This document shows, piece after piece, positions 52,887 through 64,000 of a DNA stretch of 64,000 nt. Within the stretch, counting starts at the first letter, position 1. Each line of letters opens with the position of its first letter. The stretch comes from Octopus bimaculoides. Taxonomy: Eukaryota. The notes under the pieces are model-generated. The model ran no database searches, was not told where the DNA came from, and worked only from the letters and a program-made list of their open reading frames with translations. Position numbers and translations under genes: made by a program. The DNA is taken from contig NC_068984.1 of NCBI RefSeq assembly GCF_001194135.2, positions 54,616,889-54,680,888 on the forward strand, read 5' to 3'.

Positions 52887-54309
52887 CTGTATGTATATGT
52901 GTATGTATATACAAATATACATTGGCACTAAGAGAGACTATAGTGAAGCAATTCATCACCGATATTTTTGCACTTATGTGAAATTGTAAACCAAAAGAAT
53001 GCTGGCTCAAACCCACTGCAGGTATTATAGAATACTTTTGCCAGTCGTGCAATGGATTATTGTTCCAACATCTAGGACGATGCTGTATATACACGCAAAT
53101 TTCTTGGTTCGCATCAAGAGAAGTGTCACTTGATTGATTAGCATTCAGTCACTAACGAACATGCGAATGTGCTCTATCCTCTTGGCCTTTTGTAACACTA
53201 CTATAATGGCCTCCGTTCCTCGAAGCTGGATGATCCCGTGCCGTCATCACTCAGGATTCTCGAATCCGCTCACATTGCTATGTCCACTCCAGCCTTGTAC
53301 TGACCTCTGTGCTCAGTCCTGTCTACCCAGGACACCGGCCTTCTAGAATATTCTACCTGCTCATGTAATTCCTGCTGGTGTTGATCGACAGCAGTTTTAA
53401 ATGGTACATTAACGATTTCAAGATCAACGATCTCTGGGAGCCTGTAAAGTTCATGGGCACTGCCTCCTCCGCAGCAAGTAAAAAAATTCAATGAAAATAT
53501 ATGTTGTCTTTGAAAGATATCTGATTAATTTTTCACATTTTTCTCGTTCAACTCACCTGTCTTTAGTTATGTTGGACTAGGCACATTTCCTGTAATTTTA
53601 ATAAATTGACTAATGTATATAATTTGTTAATATACAAGGTAAACCTGCTAGAAATAGCAGTTAAATCTTTTTTTAATAACGCACCCTACTCTCTGAAAAA
53701 TTAATAGTAGATAGGATAGTGTGGTCTTAGACATGAAAGAAAGAAAAAAAAATATGAAAAAAATTCCCCCATACATTGGTTGATCATAGCTAGATTGCCT
53801 TCAATTCATGGATTGATGAACGTGGCTTGGTCAGGAGTTAAATGTGAATTGATTTCTAATATTTCTAGTGTTCTAATATTCGGGACGATTTAAACAGGAA
53901 AAGCTTCAATCAGGTCACGTAATACCTCTCAGTCAGTGATTCATATGGAGCATTGAAACGAGTCGGACACTCATAATTAATAAATTCTGATTTAAACTTA
54001 GGAAAAACCATGGTGAAAGAACAAGAATTATATCGACGTAAACTCTGTTTACGTTTGTGTAATTAAGAGAAATGTGGTGAGCTAGGAGAACCATTAATGC
54101 ATCAGAAAATGGTTTGTTCTTTTCTTCTTGTTCTTTTCCTGCGTTCAAATACCGTCATGACAAATTTTGCCGTTCATTGTTTCGGGGTCAATAGAATGAT
54201 GTACCAGTCAGTTACTAGGATGGTAGTGTCGACTAACTCCATCCTCTTAAAAATTGTTGGCTTTGTAACTTAATGAAAAATCATTAATAACGTGAAGTTT
54301 AAAAATTTC

Positions 54310-54744
54310 CATAATATACATTTATCTGTATCTGTCTTCGTGTTCACACCTCTTGCAAACTTACCGTACATTTTCTTTTCTTTTCATGCTTTTTGTTTTT
54401 TCATTTCTTGTTTAAATTTTTCTTTAGTTACTCCATTATCAGTTTTGATGACGCCGACCTTCGTGTAATTCAACAGTGGCTCAACGGCATTTTTTATATA
54501 CTACTCTAAGCTGTTTCGATACAGTCTAGGCAACTGATCAAACCTCTCCTACCGTTTCTTCTGGACAAGTACAGCCTATCAATGTCACTCTTGTGGTGGA
54601 AGGGTCCGTGTACTGTCAACATTTTTCTGGTCTTGGTAGCCATTTTCTTCATTTTTCTCTTTTGTCCTTTTATAATTCCCGCTCCTACCGAAGTGATGCT
54701 ATCACCCACGTATAAGCTGCTTGAATTTTATTCCACCCAGTCAA

Positions 54745-54746
<2 letters not shown>
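54310..54746 (-). mobile_element. Dong/R4-clade LINE fragment, 5'-truncated, abutting (TAA)n
   Basis: GAGII...KMATKTRKMLTVHGPFHHKSDIDRLYLSRRNGRRGLISCLDCIETA...KKMYGKFAR; (TTA)n at about 54747-54790. Confidence 0.88.
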
Positions 54747-54783
<37 letters not shown>

Positions 54784-54967
54784 CATTATTACTTCCATTA
54801 ATCTCTGTTCCGTTATTCACAATGCTATACTTATTAGTATTTTCCCCGTTCTCGTGGTTACCAGTATTAGCTACGCTGTATCAAGATCCTGCGGACGTGT
54901 GATTTCAACAACTAGTATTACGCCATGAATCTACGCTATTTCAGACAATATTGTTAGTTTACACTTC

Positions 54968-55013
<46 letters not shown>

Positions 55014-55459
55014 NNNNNNNNNNNNNNNNNNNNNNNNNNNNNNNNNNNNNNNNNNNNNNNNNNNNNNNNNNNNNNNNNNNNNNNNNNNNNNNNNNNNNNN
55101 NNNNNNNNNNNNNNNNNNNNNNNNNNNNNNNNNNNNNNNNNNNNNNNNNNNNNNNNNNNNNNNNNNNNNNNNNNNNNNNNNNNNNNNNNNNNNNNNNNNN
55201 NNNNNNNNNNNNNNNNNNNNNNNNNNNNNNNNNNNNNNNNNNNNNNNNNNNNNNNNNNNNNNNNNNNNNNNNNNNNNNNNNNNNNNNNNNNNNNNNNNNN
55301 NNNNNNNNNNNNNNNNNNNNNNNNNNNNNNNNNNNNNNNNNNNNNNNNNNNNNNNNNNNNNNNNNNNNNNNNNNNNNNNNNNNNNNNNNNNNNNNNNNNN
55401 NNNNNNNNNNNNNNNNNNNNNNNNNNNNNNNNNNNNNNNNNNNNNNNNNNNNNNNNNNN

Positions 55460-55520
<61 letters not shown>

Positions 55521-55649
55521 TGTGTGTGTGTGTGTGTGTGTATATATATAAACACACATGCATATATATATATATGTGCACGTATATCTATATATATGTA
55601 CCTGTGTGTGTGCGCGCGTATGTACGTATATATATATATATGTATATAG

Positions 55650-55900
55650 AAGCACGCAACTTAGTAGTTACAGGTGTTGTGTGTCATTGCGGAGTAGTAA
55701 GATTGTGGTATTGATTTCTGTATTGGGCGTTGCGTTATGTTCTTGAGCAAAATGCTTCACTTCACGTAGCTACACTCCACTCAGCTGACAAAAATGTTTA
55801 ATCCTTCATAGGACCAGCGTCCTGTCCTGGAGGTAAAATAGATGTAACAAAATCATGAATCCCGACCTTACGAGCCTATGGTTCGGGAAGGAATTTTGAT
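55650..55900 (+). mobile_element. Old tRNA-derived SINE (GAAGGCGCG-like head)
   Basis: AGAAGCACGCAACTTAGTAGTTA head and TTCTTGAGCAAAATGCTTCACTTCAC CORE-like segment. Confidence 0.5.
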
Positions 55901-56253
55901 CCTTTTTGTTTATATATATATATATCGTTTATGCATAACAATACTAATAACCTGTTGCTAGAACTCAACACACATGTAGTTTGGAATGTAGCGTTAATAA
56001 ATTATACAGCACGATATAAAATTAAATAAATGATAAACCCCACTCCGAAAAAAAGACAACAAGAAATTATGCTATCAACTATGTTAATTTTCAGCACTTT
56101 GTACTATACGATGCAGTGTACTCAAAGTTGAGTACGCATGCATCATGTTATAGCTTCTCCAGAGCTTAAAGATTGCAGGGGGCACATACTCTCAGCTCTG
56201 CGTACACTGCATCTTAGAGCAGAAACAACTGTAAGTTCGTTGCGTAATTTCTA

Positions 56254-56305
<52 letters not shown>

Positions 56306-56928
56306 NNNNNNNNNNNNNNNNNNNNNNNNNNNNNNNNNNNNNNNNNNNNNNNNNNNNNNNNNNNNNNNNNNNNNNNNNNNNNNNNNNNNNNNNNNNNNNN
56401 NNNNNNNNNNNNNNNNNNNNNNNNNNNNNNNNNNNNNNNNNNNNNNNNNNNNNNNNNNNNNNNNNNNNNNNNNNNNNNNNNNNNNNNNNNNNNNNNNNNN
56501 NNNNNNNNNNNNNNNNNNNNNNNNNNNNNNNNNNNNNNNNNNNNNNNNNNNNNNNNNNNNNNNNNNNNNNNNNNNNNNNNNNNNNNNNNNNNNNNNNNNN
56601 NNNNNNNNNNNNNNNNNNNNNNNNNNNNNNNNNNNNNNNNNNNNNNNNNNNNNNNNNNNNNNNNNNNNNNNNNNNNNNNNNNNNNNNNNNNNNNNNNNNN
56701 NNNNNNNNNNNNNNNNNNNNNNNNNNNNNNNNNNNNNNNNNNNNNNNNNNNNNNNNNNNNNNNNNNNNNNNNNNNNNNNNNNNNNNNNNNNNNNNNNNNN
56801 NNNNNNNNNNNNNNNNNNNNNNNNNNNNNNNNNNNNNNNNNNNNNNNNNNNNNNNNNNNNNNNNNNNNNNNNNNNNNNNNNNNNNNNNNNNNNNNNNNNN
56901 NNNNNNNNNNNNNNNNNNNNNNNNNNNN

Positions 56929-56979
<51 letters not shown>

Positions 56980-57448
56980 TTATGTATGTACATCTATATA
57001 GACATACATTCATATAGATATATATGTACACACACATACATACACACATATGCATGTATATATAGTAATTTTTGTACAGAGTGTGTGTTGTGTATGGACA
57101 TGTGTATTTTAAATTAATTCCAATATTCAAATTGAATTGTAAAAATCTCTGTAACATATGAAATATATACATGATTACTGCATGAAATATGAGTGCTTAT
57201 TACAAATAAGAATGTGTATAAGAAAGCACTTAAAATTTTATCTTCACATTGATATACAGCTTTTCTTGCACATCTTATGTAGTTGCAGCTTCTATGTGTA
57301 ATAAAAGTACAGGTCATCCCAGTAATAGTTAGCTGCGTTATAAATTCTCTATTTTTAACAGGAACTGTTTCTATAAGATAGAAATAGCAACAATGTGGTT
57401 GCCTGGCAAGTCGAAGATAGTAGCTAAAACTTGGAATTGCAAACTATT

Positions 57449-58070
57449 TCTTCTAGAGGCACAACGCCTCAAATTTTGTGAGGTGGGAGCCTAGTCGATT
57501 ACATCGGCACCAATATTTATTTCATCGATCTCAAAATGAGGAAAAGCAAAGTCGACCTCAGTGGTATTTCAATTTGGAACGTAAAGCACTAACGACTCTG
57601 CTTTAGTAATGATAATAATAATGCTTTCAAAATTTAGCACAAAGCCAGCAATTTCAGAGGTGTTGGAAAGTGGATCACATCGATTCCAGTGCTTTACTGG
57701 TACTTATTTTATCTACCTTGAAGGGGATGAAAGACCAAGTCGATCTCGGCGGAATTTGAACTAATTTGAACGTAATGCCGTTAAGTATTTTGGTCGACGT
57801 GCTCACGATTCTGCCAGTTTACTGCCGTATCAATAATAATAATAATAATAATAATAATTGATAATGGTTTCAAATTTTGGCACAAGGCCAGTCATTTCGC
57901 AGGAGGGAATAAGTGGTCAACTGATGCTTATTTTATCGACTCGAAAGGATGAAAGGTAAAATCGACCCTGGCGGTGTTTGAACTCAAAATGACGAACAAA
58001 ATGCTACTATGCTTTTCGCCCGGCATGCTAACAATTCTGCCAGCTCGCCGCCTTACTACTACTACTGCTG

Positions 58071-58125
<55 letters not shown>

Positions 58126-61100
58126 CACTACTACTAATAATAAAAATACATTCTGCTATGGTCACAAGGCCTGAAATTTGAGGGGAGGGGCTAGTTAATT
58201 ACATCGACTCCAGTGTTCAACTGATACTTACTTTAAATAATAATAATAATAATAATACATTCTGCTATGATCACAAGGCCTGAAATTTGAGGTGGGTGGG
58301 CTAGTTAATTACATCGACTCCAGTGTTCAACTGATACTTATTTTATATGATAATAATAATAATAGTAATAATAATAATAATAATACTTTCTTTTATTGGC
58401 CACGGGAGCCGAACACAAAATAATGATACATGGTCCCGATTTAGCTATAAAGCTAGCAATTTCGAGGGGAGGACTTAAGTTGGCTTCATCAACTCCTCCC
58501 AAGTTGCTGAATGAAATTTCATTTTACCGAACCTGAAAGGATGAAAAAGCATTTGAACTCAGAATGCAAAGAATTAGAAGAAATACTGCAAGGCATTCTG
58601 ACTCTCTAACGATTCTGTCAGTTCACCACTTTCACAATAATAATGTTTATGATTTATATTTTAAGCGCAAGACCAGAAATCATGAGGGAAAGCTAAATAG
58701 TCGTACCATCGGCCCAATAATAGACTAGCTATTTCTTTTATAGACTCTGTGGGATGAAAGGTAAAGTTGACCACGGTGGGATTTGAAATCAGAATGTAAA
58801 GAGCGAAAACGAATGTCGCAGGCTATTTTTGCTCCAGGCAAGAAATTTTATTGTGTGATGTTAGTCGATTAAATCACCTCCTATTCTTGACCAGCTCTTG
58901 ATTTCATCGTTCTTAAGAGGCTGAAAAGCAAAGGTGACTTTGGCTGGATTTGCACTCAAAGCAAAGAACGAGAACAAATACTGTACAGCATTTTTTGCCG
59001 AAGATCTAATGACGCTACCACTTGACCGCTTTAACAATAATAATCCTTTCAAGGGTGACGAGCTGACAGAATCATTAGCATATCGGGCAAAATGCTTAGC
59101 GGCATCTCACTCATCTTCATGTTCTGAGTTCAAATTCTGCTGCGGTCGACTCTGCCTTTCATCCCTTCAGGGGCTATAAAATGAGTACTAGTTGAGCACT
59201 GGGTCGACGTAATCGACTTATTCTTACCTCGAAATTGCTGGCCTTGTGCTGACATTTGAAATCAATAATAATTCCTTTTACTACAGGTACAAGGTCTGAA
59301 ATTTTGTGGGAAGAGTTAATCGATTACATCGAATCTAGCACTTAAATGGTACTTATTTTATCGACCCCGAAATAATGAAAGGAAAAGTCGACCTCGGCAG
59401 AATTTAAACTCAGAACATAAGGACGGACAAAATATCGCTAAGTATTTTGTCCAGCGTGCAAACGATTCTGCCAATTCGTCGCCTTAATAAAATAATTGTT
59501 TCTTCATAAAGCCAACTGTTTCTTCACAAAGGGTGGGAATTAAGCGATGCCAATTGATTCCAGTATTTGACTGGTACTTTATTATATCGCCCCGAAATGA
59601 TCAAAGGCAAAGCTGACTTCGGTGGGATTTGACATATTAAAAATAACAATTAAAACAATTGTTTCGACAAACACTAACGTGTTTTACCATAATTATTCTC
59701 GACCTCTATCTTTTTTATCTTCAAACTTAGGTTTCTAATACTCTGATGAACATTGGTAGTTGTATCCCTTGATCAATGTCGTTCCAGTCATAAACAACCT
59801 AGGTTAGACTACATTTTCCCACTAGTTACGTTTTCATTTGTATGATGATGGAATGTGATTTACGGGAAAAATTAACAGATATTTCTTAGGCGCAGGAGTG
59901 GTTGTGTAGAAGCTTGCTTCCCAGTCACATGGTTCCGGATTCAGTTCCACTGCGTGGCACCTTGGGCAAGTGTCTTCTGCTATAGCCTCGGGCGCACCAA
60001 AGAAGAAAATAGGTCAAACGACCACATGATATGCTGGGACTAGATTAATCTGATTAATTATTAAAGTAGCCTTGTGCTTAGTCAAAAGAAATGTGTATTT
60101 TATTAATATTAGCACCGTCTCTATATTGGTTTGAAAGTTTGGCACAAGGTCAACAATTTTTTTTGCTGGGGAATAAATCGATTACATCGATCCCAATACC
60201 TCAAAAGGATGAAAGACAAAGTCGATCTCGGCGGAATGAGCATTCAGAACGTAAAAACGAACGAATTGCTGCTAAGCAGTTTTCTGGCGCACTAACGATT
60301 CCGCCAGCTCAATGCTTTACACTATTTCTATATTAATAGCTAATGAATTTGCTTGTTATACTTCTGGTATTAACGGTTGTTAATTCACTCTTGCTCAATC
60401 TTTTATCACAGTGAGGTTTCATACAGTACAAGGAGACTTCATTTGTTGCAGTATTGGAAGGTAATGAGTATGGAAGGTCTCAAACTTACTCAATACTATT
60501 GTCCTTGTTAAGATGGCCAACTAGTAGAATCGCTGGCACTCTGGAGAAAATGCTTAGCGGCATTTCATCCGTCATTACATTCTGAATTCAAATTCTGCTG
60601 AGGTCGACTTTGCCTTTCATCCACTGGGAGTCGATGAAATAAAAATCAGTTAAGCACTGAGTTTGATGTAATCAACTTACCCCCTCCCCTAAAATACCAG
60701 GCCATGTGCCGATTGTAGAAAAAACATTTTCTGATTCCATTTGCTTTCATTTGACTTTGGAAAGTAATTGTAAATGCTAAATGAAAAGTAAAATTGCTTG
60801 AGCAACATCAGTTACGGGTCTATTCGTTCCGATTTCAAATCTAATCAAGGTCAACTTTGCCTTTTATCCTTCCAATATTGATAAAACGAAGATCAGTCAA
60901 GTCATTGATATAATGGACTGCTCGCTTCCTCAAAATTCTTCGTGGCCGTATGTCTATGTTAGAAATTTAGTGTCATGAATATGTTTGCTTGTATTTGAAT
61001 TTGGGAAGTAGCTACGAAACAAAATTTTGGGTGGTATATTGGCCAAATCTTTAGAGCGCCAGACAAAAGGTCTTGCGGTATTTAATCTCAGAAATCTACG

Positions 61101-62197
61101 TTCAGAGTTAAAATTCTGCCGTGGTCCTTTGATCTTTTAGGATCGATAAAATTAAGTACCAGTCACGTACTGGAGGCGAATGAACCGACTGATACTGGTG
61201 CATCCCAGCAAGCGCTTACGAATGAAAATCTTAGTGCAGCTTGCACTTTTAGTGCGAATAGGACCGTAACCACTTTAGGACTACAGAATTTCTGTGAAAA
61301 AGAAATGGGTGAACTCATGCACTTTGAAATACATAACGGTAAACAATGCCCATACACATCCCAGTAATGAACGACGAGAATGTAAGTTTAAGTTTTTAAG
61401 GGGTAATGTGAGGCATCTAAGTTTAGAATAAAGGAAATCATTGAATTCGAGGGAAATAATGATTTCAGGTTGAGGCACAAGGCAAATAATTTTTAGGAAG
61501 GAGGTTTTTGATACGATCAACCCCAGTACTTCACTGACACTTTATGTTATCGACGTCGAAAAGATAAAATGAAAGTTTACCTTAGCATCATTTGAACTCA
61601 GAATGTGAAGTACTAGAAGAAATGTAGGACCGTATTTTCCTTGAAGGTCTATTGATTCTACTAGCACTCTGCTTTATTTGGTAGAAATACTGATTTCAAA
61701 TTTTGATGCAAGGCCAGCAGTTTTAGGAGAAGGGATTTAGCCGATAGTATCAACCCTAGTACTTGATTAGTACTTTATGTTATCCACTCCGAAAGGCTGG
61801 TTGACCTCGGTGGTATTTGAACTCAGAATGTAAAGAACCAGAAGAATTGTTGCAAAGTATTTTCTCTACGACACTGTACCGACTCAACAAGCTTGCCGCC
61901 TTAATCGTCGGAAATATTAATCTGTGTGACCAGTCTTCACTACTATTTCATTTGAATAAATGAAAGTGAATACCATTTTTTTTCTTTTCTCCTCTAGGCA
62001 CAAGGCCCGGACTTTTTGGAGAAGGCGCCAGTCGATTAGACGGACCCCAGTACGCAACTTGTACTTAATTTATCGACTTCGAAAAAATGAAAAAGCAAAG
62101 TCGACCTCGGTGGAATTTGAACTCAGAACGTAAAGACAGACGAAATACCGAGAAGCATTTCGCCCGGTGTGCTAACGATTCTGCCAGCTCGCCGCAT
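57449..62197. repeat. Dense SINE cluster: about 18 family-A copies or fragments in both orientations plus one family-B head (59888-60002)
   Basis: Approximate family-A units, minus: 57449, 57622, 57864, 58145, 58254, 58435, 58660, 58880, 59275, 59530, 60128, 61475, 61690, 61987. Plus: 59050, 60520, 60800, 61030. Separated by (TAA)n, (CTA)n or short AT linkers. Confidence 0.9.
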
Positions 62198-63293
62198 TAA
62201 AGTGAATATCATTTTGAGAAAAAAAGAAGTGCATATAAGTGTTGAGTTTATAATTCTGCTTAACCATACTCTTAAGATAAAAGTTAAAATATATAGATAT
62301 AAAGAAAAATAATTAAGAATTCCTGAGAATTGAGACACATATTTATTCCTTTTCAATTNNNNNNNNNNNNNNNNNNNNNNNNNNNNNNNNNNNNNNNNNN
62401 NNNNNNNNNNNNNNNNNNNNNNNNNNNNNNNNNNNNNNNNNNNNNNNNNNNNNNNNNNNNNNNNNNNNNNNNNNNNNNNNNNNNNNNNNNNNNNNNNNNN
62501 NNNNNNNNNNNNNNNNNNNNNNNNNNNNNNNNNNNNNNNNNNNNNNNNNNNNNNNNNNNNNNNNNNNNNNNNNNNNNNNNNNNNNNNNNNNNNNNNNNNN
62601 NNNNNNNNNNNNNNNNNNNNNNNNNNNNNNNNNNNNNNNNNNNNNNNNNNNNNNNNNNNNNNNNNNNNNNNNNNNNNNNNNNNNNNNNNNNNNNNNNNNN
62701 NNNNNNNNNNNNNNNNNNNNNNNNNNNNNNNNNNNNNNNNNNNNNNNNNNNNNNNNNNNNNNNNNNNNNNNNNNNNNNNNNNNNNNNNNNNNNNNNNNNN
62801 NNNNNNNNNNNNNNNNNNNNNNNNNNNNNNNNNNNNNNNNNNNNNNNNNNNNNNNNNNNNNNNNNNNNNNNNNNNNNNNNNNNNNNNNNNNNNNNNNNNN
62901 NNNNNNNNNNNNNNNNNNNNNNNNNNNNNNNNNNNNNNNNNNNNNNNNNNNNNNNNNNNNNNNNNNNNNNNNNNNNNNNNNNNNNNNNNNNNNNNNNNNN
63001 NNNNNNNNNNNNNNNNNNNNNNNNNNNNNNNNNNNNNNNNNNNNNNNNNNNNNNNNNNNNNNNNNNNNNNNNNNNNNNNNNNNNNNNNNNNNNNNNNNNN
63101 NNNNNNNNNNNNNNNNNNNNNNNNNNNNNNNNNNNNNNNNNNNNNNNTATATATATATATATGTGTGTGTGTGTAATTTTATAATTAATAATATCGAAGG
63201 GTAATAGAAATATTAGAAATTTCTACTATCAGTGGCCTAGCGTGTAAAAATTTAGTCCACAGGCTATATATTTTTCATCATATAAATACAGTA

Positions 63294-63790
63294 TATTCTT
63301 TTATATGTTTGAGCCTTGAGGATGCGGCCATCCTGGGACACCACCAGTGCAATCACCTTTTAATTGGCCACTTCTATGTGATTGGCTTTTGCTGAAGGAG
63401 GGAGTTCAATACCGCTGCCCTGTTTTGAGTTTCCTGCTTTGATATCGTTTCATCTGGGATCTTGGATAGCAAGAGGTCAAGATATTTCTTGAAAACAACT
63501 ACTTTCACTCCATGCAGATCCCTCAGATGTTTTGGCAAGGAGTTAGATAGCTGTGGGTCCTTGAATTCCAAGCTATTGCAGTTCATGGTCCTCTCCTTAG
63601 ATGGGACAGCTGGGACTTATGGAACAGTGCAGTGATGTCCATTTCGAGGTATGGTATAACTCTCAGTTCCAAAGTTTGGTGCCAGCCCCTCCAGTATCTT
63701 CCACACATACATAACTGCATACCTCTCCCGTCTTATATATGAGTAGGTCTCCGTGCAACGTGTTGAATCCATTTTGCAGTCTGGTAGCTC
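63294..63790 (-). mobile_element. CR1-clade LINE 3' fragment including 3'UTR
   Basis: YIRRERYAVMYVWKILEGLAPNFG...GHHCTVP...CNSLEFKDPQLSNSLPKHLRDL...VFKKYLDLLLSKIPDE...RAAVLNSL, a typical invertebrate CR1 ORF2 end. Confidence 0.88.
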
Positions 63791-63965
63791 AAACTGTACC
63801 AGTGCTCTACTCAACACTTTAACACACTAATCGAAATATACTCATTAGTCCAAAATATTGCATATATAAATTGGACTGTCACATTACACAGACAGACAGG
63901 CACACACACACACATATATATGCATGGATGTATATATGTTTATATATATTATAATAACCATGCCA

Positions 63966-64000
<35 letters not shown>

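Overview
Eukaryotic, AT-rich, repeat-saturated DNA with many N-gaps flanked by microsatellites. The repeat families look like those of an octopod cephalopod (inference from recalled Octopus SINE/LINE consensus sequences; not checked by search). No host protein-coding exon, rRNA, true tRNA or CRISPR array can be supported. The window is a graveyard of tRNA-derived SINEs (at least 3-4 families, about 45 copies or fragments), decayed LINEs (RTE, RTE-BovB, CR1, Dong/R4 and another RLE-type clade), Penelope, Helitron and Tc1/mariner fragments. The standout is 16270-19985: four related retroelement copies encoding a Gag/ORF1-like CCHC zinc-knuckle protein with no endonuclease/RT recognisable in the cluster. 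One is a complete 1640-bp unit (16609-18248) bounded by a perfect 17-bp target-site duplication. It sits inside the ORF of an antisense relative, and removing it restores that ORF in frame. This points to a mobile, non-autonomous ORF1-only ('half-LINE') family. Other oddities: a head-to-tail four-SINE array, a 4.8-kb SINE pile-up, a 222-bp inverted duplication with a templated direct repeat, and a SINE/CR1 shared 3' tail.
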